This document shows, one piece after another, positions 18,558-30,239 of a stretch of DNA of 64,000 bases. The position numbers were made by a program, and so were the translations under genes. Position 1 is the stretch's first letter; every line of letters begins with the position of its first letter. This DNA comes from an uncultured delta proteobacterium (GTDB lineage: Bacteria; Desulfobacterota; WTBG01; CAIYCZ01). The notes under the pieces were generated by a model, which did not search any database, was not told the origin of the DNA, and saw nothing but the letters and a program-made list of their open reading frames with translations. The stretch spans positions 288,001-352,000 of the forward strand of contig CAWDOY010000003.1 of the NCBI GenBank assembly GCA_963803975.1. The letters run 5' to 3'.

Positions 18558-20469
18558 ATGAAAAAATTGCTGTTATGGGTTCTTGTCTCATTAATACCGC
18601 TGGCTTTAAGCCCTGGCTGCATTAAGAATGAAAAGATCGGCATTCTGCTCATTGATGTGGGGACGCCGGAGGGAAATGACCTTCGGTTTTATACAGATTT
18701 TTTTGGCGGCAGCAAGGATGTTTTCTTCCCCGGCTGGTTTGCCGGCGGCCCGTTTGAGGGAACTGACTGCTATACGGTTATTCACTATGCTGATGAAGCA
18801 GAGGCTGCCGCTTGCAATGTAGCAGAAGGGACTCCCATTGATGCTTTCTGCAATGAATATAAGGGAACACTATCCCATATTCTCGCTCAATGATGTCGGG
18901 TCGAGCGGCGATAACAGTTTTGCCGCAGACTGTTATACGTTTGGACCAGGGGTGCCCCCGATAGCTTTTTTTGTTTTAAGCGCGGGCAGCACCGTTGACC
19001 CTTCCACCGGAGAGACGATCATGGGCCCTGTTGTCAAAGACCCTGCTGCCGGCGGAGCCGGGGTGCCTGATTTTTTCGAAGTGAGCACGTTTAATCGCAT
19101 GCAATGGCTCTACACGCTCCCGGGACGGAAAGATCCGCATCGCAAAGTTGCCCTGAAGTTTTTCTACGGCAATGAGGCGCCCGGCTATGAGTCTGATTCG
19201 CCTGAATTGTCGAATATTAAAGACCGGCTCATTGAACTGCTGCCACAACATCAACTGGTATTTCGCAACGGTTGGGAAGGCTATATGGAAAATCAGGATG
19301 CCTACGGCAATCCTGAAAAAATCAGCGACAGCACGGAGACCGCAATTGATGAGCTCATAAACCAGGAAAAGGTCAGCCGCATAGTGGTGGTGTATGTCAA
19401 CTCTGCATTTAACAATTATTCCCCCTATGGCCATGAATGGGTTGATGAGAATGGCGAAGGCGTAAGTGCCCTGCCGGGTAAGACCTACAAAGAGTGTATT
19501 GAAGACATCACTGACGGAAAAGGGCCTGCTACCCAGGAAGCGCTTAATGAGTATCTCACCTACAAGCCATTTGAGAAGCACTGGCAGCATGTGTACCCGC
19601 TCGCTGCAGAGCTGATAAAGAAATACGACCCTGATATGCCCGTTTCTTTTGCCCCGGCTTTTGGCAAACACGACGAATACTATAAAGCCGGGCTGGAGAC
19701 CGTCAAGTATGCAATAGAAAAATATAATATCCCCAAGACCGCAGCCTTAAAGGTCCTCGTACCCCACCACGGATATTATAGTGCGTACCTGAAGGCGCAG
19801 GACTGCGATGCCTATTTCAAAATAACAGATGAAATTATGGCAAAGGCAGTTGCAACGATAAAAAACGGCCTTGAGTGGACGGGAAAGCTTGAAGTGGTTG
19901 CCGCCGGCATTGAGTTTGCGGAAGGCTCCTATGATGCGGCAAGCACAGCTAAGCCCACCGGCAGCGTTATGAGTGCCGGCGAGGTCATTGATGCCTCAAT
20001 AAACGGCACCTATGTAAATGCTCTGGGTAAGGTCATTGACAATGGTACGGATAATTTTGAGTACATCATCGTTAATCCCTATGGCCGGACAGAATCGCAG
20101 GATTCGGTTTATGGCATTCGGGAGGAGACCCACGGAAACTTTGCTATTACATCACTGGGTTACCGGCGCGATAAAAATGATGAGGACGGCGAAGCGTGGA
20201 ATGCAGATGATATTGACGAGGAATTTTATTCTGTGCGCACCTTTGATGCAACAGGCTGGCCAAGCCATCCCGGCTGCATAGAAGACTCTGCCAACTGCCA
20301 AAAGAGTCAGCCGGTGTATAAGGGCAGCGCTGAGAAACCTACTACAGTAATTGTCTGTGGTGCAATCACGGTTAACTCCAAGCGAGTCGGCAGAGATCTG
20401 CTGGTGGAGGCATCTGTCAAATCTATTATCGAGGCTGTCGAAAATCCAGAGTCACGAGGGGTTCATTAG
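18558..20469 (+). CDS. Lipoprotein with a ferrochelatase (class II chelatase)-like fold; frameshift near 18868
   Basis: AGGAGG RBS; lipobox LSPGC; KIGILLIDVGTPE, AIDEL..VSRIVVV, VPHHG, DAY, IIVNPYG..DSVYGI occur in HemH motif order. Confidence 0.6.
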
Positions 20470-20506
20470 ACATCGTATCAATTATTAATTTTATCATGGA
20501 GGTTCT

Positions 20507-21861
20507 ATGAAGAGACAAAGACTTACGGCGCTGGTGCTTGTTGCCATGGCATGCATGTTTATTGCGTGTTCTGAAAGCAACATGGAATTTCTAAGCGAAA
20601 AAATAGAGATAGCAGCCAATCCCAAACTGGCAGAGTGGATACCGCGGACTGCCTATAATTCAGTGGATGATGAGTTTCTGGTGGTCTGGACAGAACAGGG
20701 CGGGCGGGTGCAGGGAGGCGGTTCGCAGTACGGCATAGTTGCCCAGCGGTTTTCCACAAAAGGAGAGAAAATAGGCGCGAGCTTCAGGCCGGCAGGACCG
20801 CCGTTAAACACTATCCTGCTTATACCGACACCCGAATATGACAAGTTCACCAATCAATACCTGATGGCCTACACGATGAGCCAGAGCGGCACCGGCTTTG
20901 ACGAATTCGCGTCAATGTTTGACAGCAAAGGTGAAATAGTCAAGCAGCCATTCCCCCTTTCGGATAAAGCCCAAAAGCCAGATGCACTCCCGGGTCGCCT
21001 TTAATACCTTAAAGCGCCAGTTTTTTGTTACCTATAACAGCAGTGAAGACAGTACTGTTGCCAGCCCTGATATAAAAGGAGTTATTGTGGATGAAGCCGG
21101 CAGCCCGGTTGGAGATGAGCTGATCATCAACAATGTTCCCGGGGATGAATATAATCCCTATATAGTCTATAACCCGACTGATGACACCTATCTTGTCAAC
21201 TGGGAAGATTTCCGGCACGTCCCCACCTGGGAGCAGAATGGCGATATTTACGGTACGCTGCTTGACGGCAACGGCAAGGTTCTGGTCAATGACATTGCCA
21301 TGATTGATGATTTCGGCACAGCTGATGAAGGCGACCAGCGGCACAATGAAATAGCGTACAATTCGGACCGCAATGAGTTTTTTGCCTGCTGGACTGATAT
21401 GGCTCCTTCGCTGGACAATGTCGGCGTGCGGGGACGGTTCATAACAGCGGACGGGAAGCCTGACGGTCCGGTATTTACCATAGCAGACGCGCCTGGCCCG
21501 CAGATATATCCCCACCCCGTCTATGTCCCGGCTGTAAAAAAATATTTTATTGTATGGGAAGACGGCAGAAACGAGGAAGACCCGAGCGTTAACTGGCGCA
21601 AAGCGACCAACCTTGATATCTATGGCAAATGGATGAGCCCGGACGGCAAGACCTTCAGCGATGAAATAGTGTTCTGTGATGACCCGGGCGTGCAGCGCTA
21701 CTCATCCAGTCAGTTATTCTGAAAAAAGCAACCGCATGCTGGTTGCCTGGCAGGATATTGTAGATGAAGACCTGAGCCTGGGTGAAACAGATGGGCAAAC
21801 CGGGCAGCACATTAAAGAGCAGGGCGGAAATGTCTATGCCATAGCATACGGCCTGCCCTGA
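20507..21861 (+). CDS. Lipoprotein with beta-strand repeats (probable propeller); frameshifts near 20975 and 21710
   Basis: Lipobox FIAC; repeated P.(I/V)AYN....(F/Y)LV.WED..DIYG units across 3 ORF pieces. Confidence 0.65.
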
Positions 21862-22053
21862 GAATTATACCGCCCTGATGAGAAGCAGCAGGCTTGTGCG
21901 ATAAATGCTTCTCTAAACTTTTGGGCTATGGGGTTGTTCTTATTTAAGATTACAGATATATTACACCAGCATTACCTTTTGGTAATCATCATCTCATCTG
22001 CTTGCGTCCGCAGAATAATGTACTATAATTATACCATATGGACCCCTTGTTAC

Positions 22054-22094
22054 AACCCTCGATGGTTCTACCCTCCTCCATCGAGGGTTTTTTT
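22054..22094 (+). terminator. Intrinsic terminator
   Basis: Perfect 12-bp stem AACCCTCGATGG/CCATCGAGGGTT plus T-run. Confidence 0.75.
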
Positions 22095-22477
22095 AACGCA
22101 TTTGCTGACTCTTTTAATCAGCTTCCAAATCAGTATGAATGGGGTGCAGTTTCTTCGATATTTATTTTAACTGGTCTCCCGGTTATGGTTTTTTAACAAG
22201 GACAGATAATCTCTTCTTTCGATTAATTCGATACTAAAATAATTATTTAAATTATCTTTATAATATGATATTAAGCTATATTATGTTTTTAGCAATTACC
22301 TGTGTTATGTGCATCGTAGCACCCTATAGTTTATTCTATTCTATCATAAATAAAGAGTTGATTATTTATGATAATTATGTTATTTACTACTAATATGGTC
22401 AGACAATGAATTTAATAAATTAACTAAGGATAGTAATTCTAAAAGACTATTACTCATTTTTTTGTGCAGTAAGAACC

Positions 22478-22651
22478 ATGAAAAATGTATCAACACCCAG
22501 TTGGGATGAAATTAAACAAAGAATTAAAGATCATAAACCGTATCAATGCAAGTTTCCCAAGTGTAAAACTAAAGTGCTGAGACCTGATACGTTTTGTGAT
22601 TATCATGATTCACGGGTCTTTAATTTCAGAAAAAAACACTTTGGCGGATAA
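22478..22651 (+). CDS. Small (57 aa) putative zinc-finger protein
   Basis: Below the ORF-track cutoff. MKNVSTPSWDEIKQRIKDHKPYQCKFPKCKTKVLRPDTFCDYHDSRVFNFRKKHFGG has a C-x4-C-x10-C-x2-H pattern. Confidence 0.45.
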   Translation: MKNVSTPSWDEIKQRIKDHKPYQCKFPKCKTKVLRPDTFCDYHDSRVFNFRKKHFGG

Positions 22652-22662
22652 CTTTCCTTATT

Positions 22663-24253
22663 TTATTTCCGCTCCCTGCGTTTGATTTCCTCAATGAGTA
22701 TTAGCTCTCCCAGGTCACCCGGAAGGCATATTACCGCCCTGCCCCCGTTTATCCGCGAAATCTCTCTGACAAATTCTACCAGCACCGGGCTGCTGTCGAG
22801 CATAAAAGTGTCAATGTGAATGCCCTCGGCAGTTGCCTTTTTAACTTCAGTGAGTGTTGCCTTGCAGGCATTCGGACTGATTCCGTACATGGTGGTCGGA
22901 AATTCGATGTGCAGCTCCTCGTTTTTCTCAAAATAGGCTGTCGGCTGGCCATCGGTGAGAACGATAATACGGTTATTCCTCGCCCCGCTCCTTTTGATAA
23001 GCTCCATGGCCTTCCTGACACCGGCCTGCAGGTTGGTGAACGCATGTCCCATATCCCATACCGCAAGCGCCAGCTCCTTTGCCTGAAGCTCCCGTGCATA
23101 GGTGGAAAAACCGACAACGTGGAAACGGTCTTTGGGGAACTTGGTTCTGATGTAATAGTCAAGCGCCAGCGCGACCTTCTTTGCTGCCTTGAACCGCCGC
23201 TCCCACGACATTGACCAGGAAAGGTCCAGGAGCAGTATTGTCGTCGATGTTATAAGCTGCTCCCTCTCCCGCACATAAAAATCATCGACCAGCAGCTTGA
23301 GCTTTTTTGTCGCTGCCGGCGTCCGTTTTACTGCGTTAAGCACAGTCCGGGTAATGTCCAGATCAAACCGGTCACCGAACTGGTACGGCCGCGCGGAATC
23401 CGGCTCTATTTCACCCGTCTGCACGCCGGTGCCCTGGTATCGCCCTGATCGGTCGCGCTTCACCATGTGGTACAAATCTCCAAAGGCCATCTCTCCAATA
23501 GAGCGGATGCCCCTGGGTGTCAGATCAAATCCTTCTTTGCCAAATTGCACCAGGCCTTCTGCAGTAAGCTCATACTGGTACCTGCATCAGAATCATGAAT
23601 GACTGTGCAGCCTCGTCACCAAGAAGTTTTTGGAGCGTCTCGATGTCAATTTTCTTCCAGTTGCCGGAGGAAATCTGCTGGATGGTTTCCTCGATGGATT
23701 TAAACTGCCGCATCAGCTCAAGGGCCTGCTCAAAATTAAGATACTCCGTGCCGTAAAACTTTTCACCCCATTGGCTGTAAAACTCCATGAGATCAAGGAT
23801 ATCCGCAGTGCGCCCGTTCCACGCATCATAAAGCTCCCGGCTCTCCTCATGGGAAAAAGGAAAGTCTTTGAGGCTTGCTATTTTTTCCAAAAGGCCCGGA
23901 GCGAGTTCGCTGAATAACGGCGCAGGTTCAAGCCCTTCTTCGACCCGTGTCTGTGCTTCCTGCCGCAGCAGCTTCTCTATATCATTGATTGGGTCGTCAA
24001 AGACCTTTTGCAGGTTATATTTTGAAAACAGTTCGTCCTTTTGCTGCTGCAGCTGCTGGAGGATATCTTTGAGCCCCATTACCTGAAAATCCATGCCCGT
24101 AAGGGGAAACCCTTCCCAGAGCATCTGTGCAAGGGCCATGTTAGGGCTCATGCCCTCCATGATATTATCAATGAAACTTTTTATTATGTCATTGCGCGCC
24201 AGGCTGAACGGTGTCTGCGTTCCATCCCACGAACTGTATACAATGGTTTTCAT
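22663..24253 (-). CDS. VWA-domain protein (frameshift near 23570), partner of the adjacent AAA ATPase
   Basis: MIDAS DLSWSM, TNLQAG, VLTDGQPTA; N-terminal YSSWDGTQ; ATGA coupling to the upstream gene. Confidence 0.8.
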
Positions 24254-25651
24254 TTATAGACTATCCTGCCGTTAAACACTTCCCGGTTCAGTTTATTGGA
24301 AAGATGAAGGCCTTCAAGAATAAATTCTATGGCAGAGGAAGCTTCTGCAGGGCATTCCGGGTTTACGAGTGCAGGTGACCGCATCTTTCAGCCCCGGTAT
24401 GTTTCTCAGCCCGTCCAGGTATTCGACGGAAGGAATTGATGGTGAAACCTCAGCAGCGATGCCATTGTTAAATGCGCTGATAATGGAAGAAAGTTCTTCA
24501 ACCTTAAACATTTCGTCAAACACCACCTTTGTTGCCCGCTTGGCAAGCTCCTCTACGATCTCTCCCTCTCTGCGGTCCTTGCCGCCGTACTCAAGCTCCA
24601 GTTTTCCGGCGATTGCCGGGAAGGTCATCTCAATGTCCGTAATGCGCGGCACCACTTTTTTCTCGCTCAGCTCAAAACAGCGGCGTGCCGCGCTGCCCAG
24701 TATTGCCTCAAAGCTCCTGATGGTTGCCCTGCAGCTGACACCTGAATGCTGACTGATATCGGGGCTGCTGCGCGCCTGCAGGGTCATCTCCGCAAGAATC
24801 TCCTTAATAAACGGCGGAATGCTGCAGGTAAGCCCGTCCAGGTCCATTTTTCTCGCTTCCTGTTCCATAATGTCTATCTCAATGCTGCGCTGCCGGGGAT
24901 AGTGGGTTTTAATCTGTGAGTCAAAACGGTCTTTGAGCGGGGTAATGATTCTTCCCCGGCTGGTATAATCTTCAGGGTTGGCACTGGCAATCACCATCAC
25001 GTCAAGCGGCAGCCTGACCGGAAATCCCTTGATTTGAAAATCACGCTCCTCCATGATGTTAAAGAGTGCAACCTGTATTTTTTCTGCAAGGTCAGGCAGC
25101 TCATTGATGGCAAAAATGCCGCGATTCGCCCGCGGCGCAAGCCCGAAATGAATGGATGTTTCATCATCCAACGTCCGGCCTTCGGAGATTTTGATCGGGT
25201 CAATTTCACCGATGAGGTCGGCAGTGCTCACGTCTGAAGTTGCAAGCTTTTCCACCAGTCTTCTGTCACGCGGTATCCAGGCTATCGGAATGTCATCGCC
25301 GTAAAGCTGCACGTTTTTTTGGCAATCCGCACAAACAGGTGCATAGGGATTATCATGTATCGGACATCCGTCAATTGCTGGAATATATTCATCAAGAAAA
25401 TGTACCAGTCCCCGGATAATCCGGCTCTTGCCCTGCCCTCTTTCTCCCAGGATTATCATAGTATGCCCGCACAGGATGGCATTGATAACCCGGGGAATGA
25501 CCGTGTCATCGTACCCTTTCAGGTCAGCAAATAACGGTTTTTTAGCTGCAAGCATCCGTATCAGGTTGCTGCGCATTTCTTCGCGCACTGTTTGAATATG
25601 CGGGTACTGTTTCCTTAAGTCGCCACGTTTCCTTATTTTGGTAAAATCCAT
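24250..25651 (-). CDS. Mg-chelatase subunit I/MoxR-like AAA+ ATPase (frameshift near 24375)
   Basis: Walker A GERGQGKS, INELPDL, ANPEDYT.RGRIITPLKDRF; C-terminus IEFILEGLHLSNKLNR in the shifted frame. Confidence 0.85.
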
Positions 25652-25797
25652 ATGCTGCTCAACTCCTTTTGCATGATTTTATTTTTTTGAGTATACCATA
25701 ATTTCAACTGATTGTTTTGCGCTTTTAATTTAATTTTATATGCGATCTGAAAATGTTATAGTATGTCAGACAGGTGATGCTATAATCGGGAGCATAC

Positions 25798-26583
25798 ATG
25801 ATCAAACACACCTTCAGCATTCTGCCGGGCATTGGCGACAAACTTGAAAAAAGGCTCTGGAGAAATGGCATAGTAACCTGGGAAGATTTCCTTGCGGCTA
25901 CTGATATTGATTTCTTGAGCACTGACACAAAAAAACTCTACGACGCCATACTCAGCGAAGCTTTGCAAAACCTCGATAGAGGTAATTTTTCTTTTTTCGC
26001 CGAAACCCTTAAGCACGGCGATCAGTGGCGACTCTTTCAGCTTGTGCGCAGTAAAACTGTTGCACTTGATATAGAAACTAATGGCGGCATTGCAGGTAAT
26101 GGCGGCCAGGTGACTGTTGTGGGTCTATTTGACGGCTTTGATTATAAAGCGCTGGTGAGGGGAAAAGATTTAAGCAGAGGTACCCTTGCAAAAGAACTCT
26201 CCCGCTACAGCTACGTGATAACCTTTTTCGGTTCTGTATTTGACCTGCCGTATATTCGTGAAATATATGGACTGAGCTTTGCAATGCCCCATTTTGATCT
26301 TTGTTTCAGCGGCCGGAAAGCAGGGCTCAGAGGGGGGCTGAAGAAGGTTGAGAAACTTCTGGGCATACAGCGGGATGAATCAATAAGGGGCTTTGATGGC
26401 TTTGACGCAGTACGGCTCTGGGTTGATGTGCAGCGCGGCAACGCTGCTGCTCTTGAACTCCTCATTACCTATAACCGTTATGACACCGTGAATCTGTTTC
26501 GGCTTGCTGATATTATTTATGAACGGCTCTTTGCGCAGACAGGAATAGCTGAATGTATTCCCGGTTCTGACCGTAATTCTTAG
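25798..26583 (+). CDS. RNase H-like (YprB-type) 3'-5' exonuclease domain protein
   Basis: LDIETNG, TFFGSVFDLP, GGLKKVE, YNRYD acidic motifs; N-terminal LPGIG HhH-like segment. Confidence 0.8.
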   Translation: MIKHTFSILPGIGDKLEKRLWRNGIVTWEDFLAATDIDFLSTDTKKLYDAILSEALQNLDRGNFSFFAETLKHGDQWRLFQLVRSKTVALDIETNGGIAGNGGQVTVVGLFDGFDYKALVRGKDLSRGTLAKELSRYSYVITFFGSVFDLPYIREIYGLSFAMPHFDLCFSGRKAGLRGGLKKVEKLLGIQRDESIRGFDGFDAVRLWVDVQRGNAAALELLITYNRYDTVNLFRLADIIYERLFAQTGIAECIPGSDRNS

Positions 26584-26602
26584 CATGCAGGGAGGGTAGC
26601 AT

Positions 26603-27728
26603 ATGTCATTAAAGAACTGAGTTGAAAAGCTTTATTAACGAAACACTGCGCATACCGCTCGTTGGAGTTGCCGCTGCCGATGACATCGCTGTCGAGCACA
26701 CCATGAGAATTACATGCGTGCTGCAGCAATTCTCCAATGCGACGCCCCTTGCTGAAGGCAGTGATTCCATCCTTCAGCCCCGTGATTTTTTGGAAAAAGC
26801 GCGCTCGGTGATAATAATCGGCATGCCTGCCTACTTTGGAAAAACTGCAAGCTTTGAGGAATGCCGGAAAGACCTGCTCGGAAAAGTTGAGCCATCGCAC
26901 GTCAACACCCTCTTTCTGCAGAATGGTGCTGAGAGAAATGATGCTATCGGCTCTTTTTTCACTGACCGGGGCTTTCAGTGCGTTCCGGTTTTTGGGCTTC
27001 AATTTCCGATAAAGCTTCTGGCGTCACAGTGCGGAGTCGGCTTTTACGGTAAAAACAGCATCATCCAGCATCCTGAGTACGGCGCATGGATATCGCTCTC
27101 AGCTTTTATAACCGACGCGGCGCTTGAACCGGACGAGCCGATAACCGGTGAGTGCGGAAGCTGCGAGCAGTGCCTCAAGGCATGCCCGACAGGAGCGCTC
27201 TTCGCTCCGTACCAGTGTGATGTAAACCGCTGCATGGATTTCCATCTCGGGCACAACAAGAAGTTTATCCCGTATTCCATTAGAGATAAGACCGGGAGCC
27301 TGCTTGGCGAAGGCTGCACGATCTGCAGGGATGTGTGTCCCAAAAATCATAAACTCGCTGAGGTTATTGGTTTTGAAGCACCGGCAAGCCTTCTCTATCC
27401 ACCGCTGCTCACTATGCTCGATATGAGTGATGAGGAATGGGAGAACGGCTTTGCCATGACGCTTATGGGGTTTTTCCTTATGGACAAGCGCTATCTGAAA
27501 AGAAACGCGTGCATAGCGCTTGGCAACTTCAAGGACACGCGGGCCATTGAAGCGCTGGCAACCGTCCTTAAAAACGGGGAAGATGAGGTGCGCGGGTATG
27601 CTGCATGGGCGCTGGGAAGCATAGGCGGAGAAAAAATCGTCGCTATCCTGAAGGCTGCTGCCCTTAAAGAACGAAATAAACAGGTGCTTGAGGAAATTGC
27701 AGCCGCGCTCAGTACAGCTCAATCATAA
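26603..27728 (+). CDS. queG: Epoxyqueuosine reductase QueG-like Fe-S protein with HEAT repeats (frameshift near 26614)
   Basis: GVGFYGKNS, CGSCEQCLKACPTGA, GCTICRDVCP, RNACIALGN, VRGYAAWALG. Confidence 0.7.
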
Positions 27729-27911
27729 CAATATAAAAACCACTGCAAGAGAACTTAAAGCACTTGTAACTCGAAGTCAACCCCTGTCTATTTAAAATTC
27801 GCGTATTTGAACGCATCAGCTTTTTCATTGACGCCTGCGCACTCTTATTTTATACTCCATTTTGTTCAATTACTTACGAAAATAACTACTGATATAATTC
27901 CACAAAAATTA

Positions 27912-29219
27912 ATGCTGCTTGATATAATTTTCATCCTGATTTTTATTATTATAAATGGCTTCTTTGCCGCCTCTGAAATTGCGGTTGTCTCCATGAGGCG
28001 ATCGCGCATAAAGCAGCTCATAGAGGAGGGTAAGCTCAATGCACATGTTTTGAACCGGCTGCGGGAGGACCCTGACCGTTTTCTTGCCACCATCCAGATT
28101 GGCGTCACTGTTGCCGGAGCTCTGGCATCGGCGATAGGCGGTGCCGCTGCAGTGGAAACCCTAAAGCCTTTTTTTAAGAGCATCCCCATATCCTTCATAT
28201 CCGCCGCCAGCGGGCCCATTGCCATCGGCATAGTTGTTTTAATCATTGCCTATGTATCCTTGATCTTCGGCGAGCTGGTACCAAAATCCATAGCCCTTTC
28301 AAACCCCGAAGCAATAGCGCTGTTTACCGCCCCTTTAATTGACCGGTTCTCACGGATATCCTCTATATTTGTTCGTATCCTGACGTTCACTACCAATCTT
28401 TTGCTGAAACCCTTCGGTAAAAAATCATTTCATGAGAGGGGGTACATTTCAGAGGAGGAGGTGCGGCTCCTGCTGGAAGAAGGCGGGGAGCGCGGTGTCT
28501 TTGAGCACGATGAAAAGGAGTTGATCCACAGCGTGTTTGAGTTTACCGATACGTTTGTCCGGGAAGTTATGGTGCCATCCCCGCAGATGGTTACCATTGG
28601 CATTACCATGCCGGTGGATGAAGTAAAGACTATAATAGCAAAAGAGAAATTCTCCCGCTATCCGGTGACGGGAAAAGACCTTAACGACATCCGGGGAGTT
28701 CTCTACGCGAAGGATTTTTACAGCCTTTATTCCATGACCGGTAACGTTGAGCTGCACAAGATCGTGAAGCCGCCCCTGTATATACCCGAAACCATGAAGG
28801 TCAGCATTCTTCTGCGCGAGATGCAGAAAAAGCGTGTACATATGGCAGTGGTAATAGATGAGTACGGCGCTGTTTCAGGGCTCGTAACCCTTGAAGACCT
28901 GCTCGAGGAGATTGTCGGTGAGATACGCGATGAGTATGACACCGAGAGCCCGGTTATTGAGCTTGCAGACGGGTCTCTCATCATAGACGCCTCAATCAGC
29001 ACCAGCGACCTGCAGGAGGACTATGGCATTGCAATCCCGGAATCTCCCGACTATGAGACGCTCGGCGGTTTTATCCTGACCCACCTCCAGTTTATACCAA
29101 AGGCTGGAGACTGTATCGAGCTGGATGATAAAAAACTGAAAGTGGTGGAAATGGTTGGCCAGAGAATAGCGAAGGTGAAGCTGGAAAAAAACAAGACTTC
29201 CGGCGGTGAAGTGCGTTAA
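27912..29219 (+). CDS. Hemolysin-family CNNM/CBS/CorC protein
   Basis: NGFFAASEIA, FLATIQIG, FGELVPK, SRYPV, VIDEYG..GLVTLEDLLEEIVGEIRDEYD. Confidence 0.92.
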   Translation: MLLDIIFILIFIIINGFFAASEIAVVSMRRSRIKQLIEEGKLNAHVLNRLREDPDRFLATIQIGVTVAGALASAIGGAAAVETLKPFFKSIPISFISAASGPIAIGIVVLIIAYVSLIFGELVPKSIALSNPEAIALFTAPLIDRFSRISSIFVRILTFTTNLLLKPFGKKSFHERGYISEEEVRLLLEEGGERGVFEHDEKELIHSVFEFTDTFVREVMVPSPQMVTIGITMPVDEVKTIIAKEKFSRYPVTGKDLNDIRGVLYAKDFYSLYSMTGNVELHKIVKPPLYIPETMKVSILLREMQKKRVHMAVVIDEYGAVSGLVTLEDLLEEIVGEIRDEYDTESPVIELADGSLIIDASISTSDLQEDYGIAIPESPDYETLGGFILTHLQFIPKAGDCIELDDKKLKVVEMVGQRIAKVKLEKNKTSGGEVR

Positions 29220-29402
29220 AGCATTCCCTGACAGCCCTGCATCTTTTCTGCGTGCTTCCCGCCTGGTACTGCGTTTCAATAACCGCGGCCTTGTGCCGCG
29301 CCTGCCCGGGCACTGCTTTTTGATTGCTAATTTTATTGTATCATAGTAGATAAACTCACGAATGCAACATTCTATTTTTATTGCCAGTAATGGAGGAACA
29401 CC

Positions 29403-30030
29403 ATGGGCTTCAGCTTAATGCCAAAAGGCAAAGACTTCTTTAATTTATTTGATAAGCAGGCGACCCTTGCGGTAGAGGCAGCGCGCTTTTTTATTGAGCT
29501 GTGCCAGTCCGGGAAATTTCGACGATGCAAACATACAAAAAATGCGCGACATCGAGCATGAGGGAGATATTCTCACCCATGAGATTATTGATACGCTGAA
29601 CCGCACCTTCATCACGCCATTTGACCGCGAAGATATTCATGCCCTCACCTCGGAACTTGACGATGTCGTTGACCTCATACATGCAATCACAACCCGCATG
29701 CGCCTGTACCGCCTTACTGTACCAGACCCTCATTTAATGCAATTTGCTGAAATCATTGAGCAATCAGCCCGGGCACTGGCCAAAGCAATAAACGGGCTCA
29801 AGGAAATTGATCGTCCCCGGCCGATCCTTGATTACTGCATTGAGATAAATCGCCTTGAAAATGTCGGCGATCAGATTCGGGAAAACGCCATAGGAAGTCT
29901 TTTTGAAAATTCAACTGATCCTGTTTCCATAATCAAATGGAAAGAGATTTATGAAGTTGCAGAAGTTGTTCTCGATAAATGTGAAGACGTTGCAAATATC
30001 GTAGAATCTATCATCGTGAAACAGGGCTGA
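29403..30030 (+). CDS. DUF47 phosphate transport regulator (frameshift near 29515)
   Basis: MGFSLMPK..FFNLF; IEHEGD..LNRTFITPFDREDI; IIKWKEIY..DKCEDVANIVE. Confidence 0.9.
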
Positions 30031-30101
30031 CAGTGGTTTTTTAGTTTGAAATCGTCCGGGTAGTATGGTATACAGGATAACCTTTAAAATGTTTCTAAGC
30101 T

Positions 30102-30179
<78 letters not shown>

Positions 30180-30186
30180 CTATCAC

Positions 30187-30228
30187 AGGGGTTAATCCGG
30201 AACGTACCTGATTAACCCCTTCTTTTTT
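30187..30228 (+). terminator. tRNA terminator
   Basis: AGGGGTTAATC..GATTAACCCCT plus T-run. Confidence 0.75.
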
Positions 30229-30239
30229 ATCCACCATCG

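Noticed and set aside
22663..25651. AAA/VWA pair as a true Mg-chelatase linked to the HemH-like lipoprotein
   Set aside because: It matches the widespread MoxR-like AAA/VWA chaperone pair, is cytoplasmic, and no ChlH/CobN subunit is present.
26603..26620. In-frame TGA near the queG-like start as selenocysteine
   Set aside because: Readthrough hits TAA five codons later; a one-base indel restoring MSLKTELKSF explains it better.
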